Shown here in pieces: positions 53,601 through 64,000 of a DNA stretch of 64,000 nucleotides. Source of the stretch: Botryllus schlosseri. Lineage: Eukaryota. The notes beneath the pieces are model-generated. The model saw only the letters and a program-made list of their open reading frames with translations, was not told the DNA's origin and made no database searches. The stretch covers positions 5,768,001 to 5,832,000 of the forward strand of contig CM119372.1 in NCBI GenBank assembly GCA_051294905.1, written 5' to 3'. Position 1 is the stretch's first letter, and every line of letters begins with the position of its first letter. Both the position numbers and the translations under genes were made by a program.

Positions 53601-55033
53601 TTTTACATCGCATTAATGATAATTTGCTATTTTTTACCATACTTCTTTCATTGCACTTTTTAATGAATCTGTCCGTTAATCACGACTTCACAGATATGTC
53701 ATTCTCCTTAGCACGCATTCTTTAGGACAGAGGTGTCAAACTCAGATTGCCTCGCGGACCGGATCATTCAATGATTTCGTTATATCTCATGTCCTTGCTT
53801 TTCAGTACTTTATTATTAGGCATATATAGACAACTATCATCACAGTATATATTACATTGCACCACGGATCATAGAGGGTTTAATTCTAGCTATTCGCAAC
53901 ACCTTATTTGCGAACTATGCAATTGGCAGAAAAGACGATGGTCGAATACAGTTAGGAACCTCTAAAACAGCTGTGGCGCTAACCACGACATGAGTTCGCA
54001 CTTCGCTTATTTCTATGCTCATTGCCCGCCTTGCTTTGCGTGTGATATGGCGTTAGCCCGGCGCTTAGGTTGTGACGAAAACAAGAGTTTTATCTGCAAC
54101 CACAGACGTTACAACGTGTGTTCATTATTAAATCGGGCTTCGGGTTTCTCATGGAGTCCGGGAAACTTTTGAGTCGGAAGTGACACAGCACATAAATTTA
54201 AATTCAATTTTTGTGTAACTAATATATTCGCCATGTAAACTGCCTATAGCGGTTCCGCATTGGCGTTCTCGCTTCTCTGAATAACTACTTTTTGTTCCAT
54301 TTTCACATAAAACCATGAACTCAGTGTGCACTTTTTTCCTTCTCGAAAGTGGGCGTCAATGTCGCCGAGTTTTTTCTAGTCGCAACAAGAGTGGAATCAC
54401 AACACCGCAGTCGTGTGTCTATATAACACACGTCACCAACAAGCGGCCACTGAATCAACTCTAGCGGCGAATCTCATGACATGGGCAGAAAAAGAATATA
54501 TAGGCTATTTGATAGTAATATGCGGCGGTCCAAAAGAGGTCCGCGATGACAAAAAGGGTGCGAATCACTGATCTAGCATAAAAAAAATCTTGAACATTTG
54601 TTACACATGGGCTTGATAATATAAGCGTCTTTCAATCTACTCAGAATTGTTTTACAGGCCGGATGAAATCCACTGAAATCCAGTCGAGGTTTCACGCCTT
54701 TCATAGTGAAAAATTGATTCGAAACAATAAATTTCGTTGGTAAATCAACTCTTAGTGTCAAGGAGCGTGTAATTTCAGTACTCAAAAGACTGATCTGTCA
54801 TTACACTACTCGAGTCATTAGAATTTTAATACTCGATTCCGATTCGAGTACCCGAATCATAGTGCCTGGCGTAATTATTACTACACTTTAAAACTACACT
54901 TTTAACTTCATTTTATTGGGAAGATCTCGACAGTACTTGTTATTCGTACAGGAGATTCATACGATTTCAAATTTATGTATGTTGAACACTCGGTTCGTTT
55001 TCAGATGTCATTTATGCAACCATAGACGGCTGA
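41659..55033 (+). CDS. Paralogous type-I membrane receptor: leader, four six-Cys Sushi/CCP domains, TM, long acidic tail ending in an ITIM (about 505 aa)
   Basis: Probable leader exon 41659-41722 (MSSRRLFVAIYITIRYIDSSS, AG|GTAAGG; 64 nt, same as the paralogue). Sushi exons 45659-45868, 45932-46138, 47948-48154, 48212-48418. TM plus tail exon 49676-50059 (TAIATMLLIIVIAGLGFLA). Tail exon 52752-52961. Terminal exon 55005-55033 (DVIYATIDG*). All phase 1; the summed 1518 nt is open. AATAAA at 55063-55068. The leader exon is the least certain part. Confidence 0.82.
44539..45453. mobile_element. hAT-type MITE (TAGGGATGG family), uninterrupted copy
   Basis: Termini TAGCGATGGTGTGAAC..CACCATTCCTA; homologous to 20318-22945, 27751-29828 and an older copy at about 736-1430. 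Confidence 0.8.
46201..46347 (+). pseudogene. Frameshifted, truncated Sushi exon within the four-Sushi gene
   Basis: Intact acceptor and VKCFTDPTIPNG, then a 2-nt insertion after the second Cys, then GDTCNIICAYGYYVVGNGSTIS (Cys5->Ser). The 3' part is replaced by unrelated sequence. Confidence 0.85.
48760..49200 (+). mobile_element. Possible decayed Ty3/gypsy integrase C-terminal fragment followed by ~41-nt tandem repeats
   Basis: Broken-frame peptides ERWSKQFKTLLALKVG and RWEGTGIVVDI resemble gypsy integrase tails. Imperfect repeats at 49028-49200 (acatgatgtccgagtgg..ccgaaca). Confidence 0.35.
50928..52478. mobile_element. hAT-type element (GTACACCC family) with nested GGGGTCCGCG MITE at about 51696-52441
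   Basis: Termini CAGTGCTCTTCAACC..GTTGAGCAGCCCTG; perfect 8-bp TSD ATGTAGAT. Confidence 0.8.
52989..53433. mobile_element. MITE with TAGGGTTGCATTTAAAACAAA termini
   Basis: 21-bp TIR; split relatives at about 36519-39380 and from 50676. Confidence 0.8.
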
Positions 55034-55515
55034 GCGGCGTTGAATCATCGTTATACTGTGGAAATAAATCGAGATGCGTCACTGTTGTTCAGCGCTCGAG
55101 CATCAACAAGATTTTGGCGATTCTCAAAATTGCATACGATTATGCTGTGTACGGCCATGAATGTGGAAATGATTTTCCATTCTGGCGAATTTGATAATTG
55201 ATTTGATCAATTTCTTTCGACTTGCTCACCCTTCTAGTATCATATGCTGTTCCTAAACAAAGCAATTATGGGGGTGCAGCGCGGTGATACGATTTTCGCG
55301 TTAGTAATAGCGACAGACCACTGAGCTTGTACGCTATACAATTTGTAGAGCTAACTTAGATGTGACAGAGATAAGTTGGACGTCACCTGTGATCCCACCA
55401 TCATAGAAAAAGCTGATACACTAATTCTGGTAATACCAACTACTGGATTTACAAAATAGGCAACTAGAACTACTCTCTTTTCAAAACTCGCCGTATGTAG
55501 AATGTAGCATTACAT

Positions 55516-55602
55516 GGTCAGCAAATTGCGAAGATAATAGTCGGGCAGATTTTAGAAAATGAAGATGGATCATGGAATACTACAAGATACACCTATATTT
55601 CG
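55516..55602 (+). pseudogene. Relic 3' half of a Sushi exon downstream of the four-Sushi gene
   Basis: ggtcagcaaattgcgaagataatagtcggg...aatgaagatggatcatggaatac resembles the 3' half of exon 47948-48154 (gggtcagcaatttgcgaagatgatagctcggg...aatgaagagggatcatggaatac) but is frameshifted. Confidence 0.7.
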
Positions 55603-55787
55603 GTAATATAATACCACAGTCAATCTGATTTTATCTAATGGGCGCAGGATACTTATAGTTTTATTTTATTGACGTTCTATTATATTTACGTTCTAAAATA
55701 CTTCAGTACAGCGTATAAAGTATATAAAAAACGTCAATTTTATTTACCCCCTAAAAATTGGTGAATTACCCCTTTGGAGGTAATTAC

Positions 55788-56303
55788 TAGGGCTGGGCAC
55801 AATGATTCGAGTACTCGAATCTGAATCGAGTATTAATTTTAATGATTCGAGTCGAGTAGTAAAAGACTATTTTTTCGAGTACTGAAATTATACGCTTCTC
55901 GTCACTGAAAGTTAATTTATCAACAATACCTATAGTTTCGAAACTAATTTTCACTGTTGAAGCCTTGAAACCTTGATTGGCCGTATCGTAGCATACGAAA
56001 CATGTAGTACAAAGCTACGAGCGTAACTGGAAATGGAACATTTCCGAAGTCATGGTCATCCCACAACATTGTCACCAAGTGCAATGAAATTGGTAAGATC
56101 GAAAAATACCAAAGTATCTTTAATGTGATAGATAACTGGCATTATATTCTTTGTTGTCGCATTAAAGGTACACATTTGAATTTTAATATATTACATTCTA
56201 CTATGACGTCATATTGAGAGATACTCGATCACTAGACTCGACTGGAAGCATATTACGTGATTCAGAATCGAACCACTCAGGTACTCGATTTTGCCCAGCC
56301 CTA
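55788..56303. mobile_element. hAT-type MITE (TAGGGCTGGGCA family)
   Basis: Colinear with 17002-17494, same TIRs. Confidence 0.85.
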
Positions 56304-57664
56304 TAGTTTTAAGGCCATGCCATATGACATGCGTAACATGCCTATGGAAATGAAAAATTAGAAATGAGAATTTAAGTGGCTTAGAACGGGACCGCGCCAT
56401 TGCTTTTTATTTAGGTCATGGTCAGGTACCAGGCACGCTTGAGCCAAGCACAGGTCCAGAAATAGAAGGTATTTGACACCAAAATCGCTAAAATATGTAT
56501 ATGCTACATGCGACCATTGCATATGATTTTTTATACGAATTATTCAACTGAAAATTTTTCTCGCTGCGAGCGATTTACCTCCAGCTAATAATAATTGCGC
56601 AGTATATTAGTCAGAATTTCATATTTGAGACGTCCTTCAACAGTCATAACTTTTAATGCCATGAAACGATACTCTGGGATTGCAAACTTTCTTGTTGCTT
56701 CTCTAATAGTTATTTTGATATGAGAGGGGGAATAACGGGGCATGAAATTTTCCATCAAGAGCGTGTCTGTAAAAAAAGTGTGAGAACCACGGCTCTAGTA
56801 TAGGTTATACGAACTTACTCCATTACTTTTGTTCATATGCTTCTAGTACTTCAACAGTTTTTATGATTTTCGTGAAGTAGCTTTTGGACGCACTTTATTG
56901 ACGCGTTGCGACGATGCAGAAAGAATTAAAAAAAAAATTCAATTGGTGTCATGGGAAGCAAATATCCCCGATCTGAACTTCTTCTCGGGCTGGTGGGATG
57001 AGTCCATCTATTTGAAATGATGAAATTATTACTAAACGTGATACTTATACCGAATTTTCAAAGGACCGGTGTGACCGCACAATATCTATCCATTTAATAC
57101 GTTTACTATGCATTTGCTATGCATATTTTACCGTCTGATATCAAGTCCAGACATGTCATTACGCAACTTCTGATTATCGCAAACATGAGTTATACTTGTC
57201 GTTAATGATTAACCGGGTGTGCACCAAATTTAATGTACGGCTAAAGTATTGATCTCATCTGTAGCTTAACGGTCGATTATGTGGTCCATAGTAAGAGCAG
57301 ATTTCTCATTTCACAGACACGATTCACGCTAGCAAAACCACTTCTGACGGTTTTAAAAGTGTTTACATTGTTACTTGATGCATGAGTAATCTATATTTGT
57401 CCGTATTATCCTTTTCATTGACGTTTTTAATAATTATTGGGATTAATACGGAGTAATTATGAGAAAAATTAGAGTAATTGACATTTCTTCAAAATTTGGG
57501 ACACTTCAGGAAGAATTTTGGTATTTTGGTAATTAGTTTGGAATACTAAAACCCAATACATAAAGTTTTTCAGCCAACTAAAACTTTGGCAATATTTTGT
57601 TACATGGTGTTATGAGAGAATAACATTTATTAGCAAGGCCTTAAACAATAGAAACATCCGCAAA

Positions 57665-58020
57665 TGGCGAGATAACGTAGTAAATACCGACAGCCGCAAG
57701 ACTAGCGGGTTGTGGGTTCGAGTCCGACCGAGGTCGACTATACGTCTATACCTAAGGTTTACCTGAACTCCTCGCCATCTCATCCACGTAAGCCTAGAAT
57801 TAAGCGGTGCCGCAAGTCGGCAGCTACGGAATCAAAAATAACGAATATCGGCCTGGTGTAAATGATCATTGTAGTCGACAAACACTATGAATACCACAGA
57901 GAAACAATAGCATCGTCCACAAAGTGTGCGGCGTATGATATTTCAAGCTGTCTCATTGTTGACTTACCTCCGTGAGGGGGATATTGGACGACTTGCCTAA
58001 ACGTTGCGATAAGCAACTTT
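57665..58020 (+). mobile_element. tRNA-derived SINE-like head and body (3' end uncertain)
   Basis: TGGCGAGATAACGTAG..GGTTCGAGTCCGACC B-box; no complete cloverleaf could be folded. Confidence 0.4.
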
Positions 58021-59244
58021 ATCATAGGTATCTGGTGATTTCCACCGCACCCTCTGATAGCCTACACCATTTCGATAGCGCAGTCAAGTGTTATAAACAG
58101 AATGGGCACTGGGCAGTTGAGTGACGTGGGACATGTTCGAGAAGCTATAGTCATTATTTGTGAGAACAAGTTTATTCTATTGATACAGATAATCGCTTTT
58201 GATATACATAATGTGGTGTGCAGATCTTATACATTTCCATGCATTGCTCCCGCAGGCAGGTAAACTATACGCCTCGGGTAGCTGCATTTGTGTTTTTCGC
58301 CCTGTCAGCAGGACGTCCAGACCTCAATAACATAAGCACAGCTCGAAAGGTAATACTGTGTAGACTTGATGTAGCAGTCAGTTAGAATATGCTTGCTCGG
58401 GGTATTTTTCGAACATAATCAAATTAGCGGGCATCGAAACATGCAACTTATCTCGACCGAGATCCATCTTCATGTAAGTTCATCTAAGGACGAGCAACTT
58501 CTCAAGCCGGCGGGGCGGATATGGGGAAAATGAAGTATTTGGTGGGGCGGATTCCTGAATCGATACCATTAATCGCGTATTTATCCACCCAAAATGTACT
58601 GTAGTCGATCAAGATTGTCAACAAGTTCTTTGAATTTTGGCTGCATATTGGACATACAAACGCTTAATAAATACTGCACGTGAACATAAGTTATATTGGA
58701 ACGCTGCTCTGTCTTGTCTTTTGATGTTCGAAAAGGTCTGCTCGCAAATGTATCTAGATACGGGCCGCGGGTAACATTATCATGGAAGACCGGAAGCTGT
58801 CCACGGGCCGCTCAAAATCTCGTTACGGGCCGGATCCGGGGCCGTATGTTGCCCGCCCCTGCCCTAAGGTCAGGTACAATAGTTCGAGTATAGTATTAAC
58901 CGATATCTAGTGTCCAGTGTGGTGGCCAGTAGCAATGATTCGAGTATACTTATAAAGTCGTAACTTTAACAAATATTAATTGCAACCATTCGAATCGAGT
59001 GGTGAGAAACTATTTTCTCGAGAACTGGAAATGTGTGCCCCTTGCCTCTACGACTTACCGAGAATTATACTTTTAATACCACACCAGCATTCAGTTCCCT
59101 TGAATAATTCCTGGCGTTTCACTTCCTACTGTACAAGAACGATTGACTATCCCCGTGAAATGCCGAAAGAAGTTTGTCGATCTGGGGATTGATATGCGGT
59201 GATCTACGTTCGAGTGTACAATGACCATTTATATACATATAGGC

Positions 59245-61701
59245 TAGGGTTGTTCAGAATTGATCGACTTTCAAAATGTCGTGGTTTTCAGTCCGATTCC
59301 CATGCCTTATACCATAAAAACATATTCTAGGTTCTTTTTTTCGTAATTCATCCCTTGCATCCGTGTGCACATTGAGCTGGAAGAATATCGGCTAAAAATA
59401 GGGGATTCCCCTAAAATTTGAGTGTCGCTATTCGGACTAGGCTCGTAAAACGTCATATATAAGCTGGTTTTATGTAGCTATTGCGGTTGGAGTGCTACAT
59501 AACCTCACTATAGAAAGTATTGTCAGTTCATGACACCATTTTCATGTCCCACACTGCCTTAGAACTCCTCAAAACTGCCTAAGACTGATAGTCATTTTGT
59601 TGGATCACCTATCCTACACTCCTCAACCCTACCCGAATTGTTCATCAATTGCCGGGATCACCACGTGCTAGAATACAACTGTAAATGTATCATTCACTCA
59701 CAGCCACATTATAAACATCACATTGTTCAAAGGAAACGAAACAAAAAGGCAAAGAAACAGATCAACTTGGCAAATACTACTAAAATCAGGTCCGGATGAA
59801 ATGGTTGCTTTAGAGAAATCGGCATATCTGTTCCCGTTATCCTCCACGGCTTGTAAGAGGCTCGCTCGCTGTTCTTTGTCATCTGTTTTGAAAGCATCAA
59901 AGTCGGTATTCAATTTCACCAAATGCTCTGATGCGCCGTTAACTATTTCAACGCTACTCACAAATTCTTGAGCAGTCACGAAATGCGAATCAGTATGCCA
60001 TTCCGAAACTGGAAGACTAAACCAATCATGTTCGACATGTATAGCATTGAATAGAAACCATGATTCCGGTTCAATTAAAGCAACCATACTTATTGACTCA
60101 GAGACAGAGTCAGAGATTAGACTCAGAGGTATAGCCTACCTCTGCGAAATTGTTCAAGGATTGGCATTTGCAGCAATTTAGCAGCCATCGCTTCCTTCAC
60201 TTTGTCAGGAATCTTTGGTTTAGCCGAGAACATTGTTGATACCACCGTTTCCTCGGTGAGATGCCAATGATGTTCTCGCATCTTTTTATATGCCACATCA
60301 GCAACTGTGAAATCGCACAATGAAAAGTCTGTCATGCCATGAAGGAATTTGAGATCAATATTCTGTGCGTCACATGCATTACCAGTTTTCAACCAAGCTG
60401 AGACATAAAGCAGGGCAACTTTCTAATGAACTCTTCAGAATAACCCATTTGCTCTCTCCACATGAACATTTTTGACAGTACAGCACTTGACTCATCCATC
60501 CAGTGCTATTAGTAGCACCAGGCTTGCGAAAACGATTATCAATATATTGGGCAGCTACAATCGCCAAGGTGCCTGTTGCACATTCTCTGTAGTCATTTAT
60601 TATTAAGACTTCTTTCTGCTTTCCATGATATGGCTTCATCAGTGGAATTATTTCTTGCTTAGCTTCATCAGCTTTGATCGCCAACCAGCTGCATTCATCA
60701 AACTGAAGTAATTTAGAGCTTCTTAATTGATCAATATCTTTCCACTTTTTGGAAGGTATTAAAATCTGTGCTTTCAGGGCCTGTGGTCGCAGATCCAAAC
60801 ACACTTCACTTCCAGACCTCCCCGGATGACTAGTTCATAAATATGATGGCGACAAGCAGAAGTAGAAAGTAGAAAACTTTCCTGTTTATCAATTCTTCAA
60901 GTAACAGAGCCGCACCTTTATTTTTTCCATTGTTTGAGGGTGTTGTGTCAAACACAAGAGCTCTGACATTATTTGTTAAATTATAAAGTTCCAGCAGTTC
61001 AAATGACAGATCAGCCTGTGCTTTTCCTGTAGCACTCTCCAGAGTTCGATTGCCAAGAAGTTTGCCTTTCTCAAATGCGTTGGAATACGCAGACTATGCC
61101 AGCACTGCCAAGGCCTCAAATTTCCCTCCGAAACGACTTCTAGTGAGCTTTGCATCCCAGTGCAATGCAATGTGCCAAGTTGATCTGTTTCTTTGCCTTT
61201 TTGTTTCGTTTCCTTTGAACAATGTGATGTTTATAATGTGGCTGTGAGTGAATGATACATTTACAGTTGTATTCTTGCACGTGGTGATCCCGGCAATTGA
61301 TGAACAATCTCGGGTAGGGTTGAGGAGTGTAGGATATATGATCCAACAAAATGAATATCAGTCTTAGGCAGTTTTGAGGAGTTCTAAGGCAGTGTGGGAC
61401 ATGAAAATGGTGTCCTGAACTGACAATACTTTCTATAGTGAGGTTATGTAGCACTCCAACCGCAATAGCTACATAAAGCCAGCTTATATATGACGTTTTA
61501 CTAGCCTAGTCCGAATAGCGACAATCAAATTTTAGGGGAATCCCCTATTTTTAGCCGATATTCTTCCAGCTCAATGTGCACACGGATGCAAGGGATGAAT
61601 TACGAAAAAAAGTACCTAGAATATGTTTTTATGGTATAAGGCATGGGAATCGGACTGAAAACCACGACATTTTGAAAGTCGATCAATTCTGAACAACCCT
61701 A
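59245..61701 (-). mobile_element. hAT-superfamily (probably hATm-like) DNA transposon with decayed transposase and ~530-bp inverted arms
   Basis: TAGGGTTG..CAACCCTA termini and a perfect 8-bp TSD ATATAGGC (59237-59244, 61702-61709). Arms 59245-59772 and 61173-61701. Minus-strand motifs HWDAK, FDTTPSN, ACRHHIYEL, PGA, HHWHL, VNGASEHLVKL with stops and frameshifts. The subgroup assignment is from memory of motifs and termini. Confidence 0.85.
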
Positions 61702-64000
61702 ATATAGGCCTACTCTTTGTCGATATCCTATTCATTTGTTCATCGTATTTTTCGGATATGGAGCAGCCATCGTGGCGAGATCCCCACTGTACTATGAATG
61801 CATAATTACTTCGGCTTAGCACTGCGCGATTTAGTTTAGCATATAGCATCTAACCAAATTTCCCCTGGCCTCCACAGTCCACAACGGAGGTGGTCTATGT
61901 AGTCATTTATGACGCTCGACCATATTAAAAATTCAAGTCAAGGAGAAGTAGAAATTGCCCGCTGGATGGTGAGCTTCGACCAAAACGTTCATATTTAAAC
62001 TTCATTAAATAGTCAACAAAGTGATGCTTAGTTGTACTTGAACGAATGAACGTAGCGTCCACGCATTCTAGGTGACAAGTATGGATTTGTATTCATGATG
62101 TTTCGACATTAATGGTTGCTTTTTACACAACTTCAATATTCTTTTTTCTGGTTCACGAACGGCCGACCTATAACAATAACAAGTCGAACTTTCGGTTCTA
62201 AACATTTAAAAGATTTTACTATTTCATACGAGATCTACTCTTTTGCGTTATTTGGGAGATAGATACTTGCAATATCCGCATTATGGGGATGGCAGCTGTA
62301 CGCTATAGGGTATGCGCAAAATCTCGTGTCACATTTGTCTTGTAATCAGATGATCCTGCTTGAAGGATCCACCAAAATTGTTACTTGGCCATTCTTTACT
62401 CAATATTTGAGACAGCAATCGGTCACCCACTTATGTAGCATGTTATCTAGAAAGAAAATTGGTGGTGGGTGGCACAGATCAACGAAGTTGTGCAGTTTAT
62501 AGATTATGACGTACTAACGGAATCAAATGACGTCACTATTTTCAAATTATTATTCTATGATCAATAAACAAAGCAAAATAAATGCAATCGTCACTAATCC
62601 TCATTATTTTTCTATGTAATTGCAATCGACTACGGATTTTGCTGTAATCGTAATCGTTATTACTCGTTGCACAGTAATCGTGATTGTAATTAACTGCATT
62701 GATATTGTAATCGCCGCCCGTATGATCATGGTTCATCAGTTTAAATTAAACTGGAAGTCGATGTTTTACCTATGTCTTCCCGGTGTTGATATTGACATAT
62801 TACAAAAGAAAAGCGCAGAATTATTGAAGTCACCATCATATACTGCACTTTTTCATAATAGTGAATCGTGCCAGTGCGAACTCAGCACTCAACGTCGGGT
62901 AACATTACTCGAATATTGTGATCCAACTGTCTTATCTTTTCCTTACCATTGCAGTTCAAACTTGATGTTGGATGTAAAAACTCCGCAATGATAAATATTT
63001 CACATATTGACGAGGGATACACACAAGTAAAAATGCGGAGCCCCATTTCCATGTTAAAGGCTTGAATGAATTTATACGTGATTTACAGCAAATATCCGCA
63101 ACATCACAATTAAAAACCCCAAATTTGTCGGTTGGTGGTTGAAAAACAACTGCGTACCGAAAGAGGCACTCGTTGTTATCTCTTTAAGATGATAAGATGA
63201 TGACCTTCTCTATTGCAAATAGGTGAATCGTTTGGTTACAGGTGATCGACCCAATGGTCACCCATTGAGATGTCATATTTATATGTAAATTTATGGCGAA
63301 GTCTAGTATCTATCACTGAGTGCGGCAAAATTAATTTCGTCAAAATTTAATTCCTGATCGCAAAGTTATCGCCTTTTAAAAAATAACTATTTTGTGCTCA
63401 CCCAACCATAAAATTCAACTACTTTGACATTGCATGCAAGAGTAACAGTTATAAAACAGTGTAGCCAAGTTGCTAATACTGATTTATAGTGCCTAATCAC
63501 AGAATGAAAGAAGCTCTCCATGCTGAATTGAAAATCATGGATCAAAACCAGATTTAGCGCCCAATCTTTTTCAAAGTCAGTGATGCGTAACATTCATTTC
63601 AAATAATTCTAGCAGTAATTTGTCTTACTAAAAATTGAAAAGTATCAAATCAAGTCAAAGCTGACTTCAATACGGACCGCCTACAATATCTTAATTATCA
63701 GTATTAGAGTCCTAGTTGGTCAAAATTACTTTACAAAACCCGTTTAAATTTAGGTATTTTCCAGAAAAATTGGGGGGGGGGAATTGAAAAATATCGATGG
63801 TACGAACAAATATTTAGATATTAGAACTTGGCGTGCCATAAAACACGAAGTTCAATAAGACATCGAGCCAAATAAAAATGCTTTTACGTACTAAACTGAA
63901 ATAATGTGATAGTTTGTTTGTTTATTCACACATACACAGTGTCGCTTATCGCCTATACGGCATTTGCGCCACGACATTAATTGTATTAATTTAATTCCTT

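Noticed and set aside
57665..57740. tRNA gene
   Set aside because: A B-box is present but no acceptor stem or cloverleaf; better explained as a SINE head. The same applies to the fragment near 23045.

Overview
AT-rich, intron-containing eukaryotic (animal) DNA. The 56-63 nt minimal introns and dense hAT-type MITEs suggest a marine invertebrate such as a tunicate; this is inference and the species is not identified. Splicing the exons by hand gives three same-strand type-I membrane receptor genes that the ORF track mostly misses. (1) A six-Ig-domain receptor (339 to about 6762; leader exon not found). (2) A five-Sushi/CCP receptor (23886-32673) whose tail carries four tandem Y-E-[N/T]-V motifs, three with an acidic hemITAM-like lead-in (DEDKYETV). 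(3) A paralogous four-Sushi receptor (41659-55033) whose long tail ends in a canonical ITIM (VIYATI). Genes 2 and 3 look like a paired activating/inhibitory receptor family built on six-cysteine Sushi domains with an unusual acidic loop, and they show active exon duplication and decay. The rest of the window is nested non-autonomous DNA transposons (several with 8-bp target-site duplications, TSDs), a THAP fold-back element, a decayed hAT-type transposase element with ~530-bp inverted arms, tRNA-derived SINE-like sequences, and Penelope-type minimal hammerhead ribozyme motifs. All gene models are hand-spliced predictions without transcript support.
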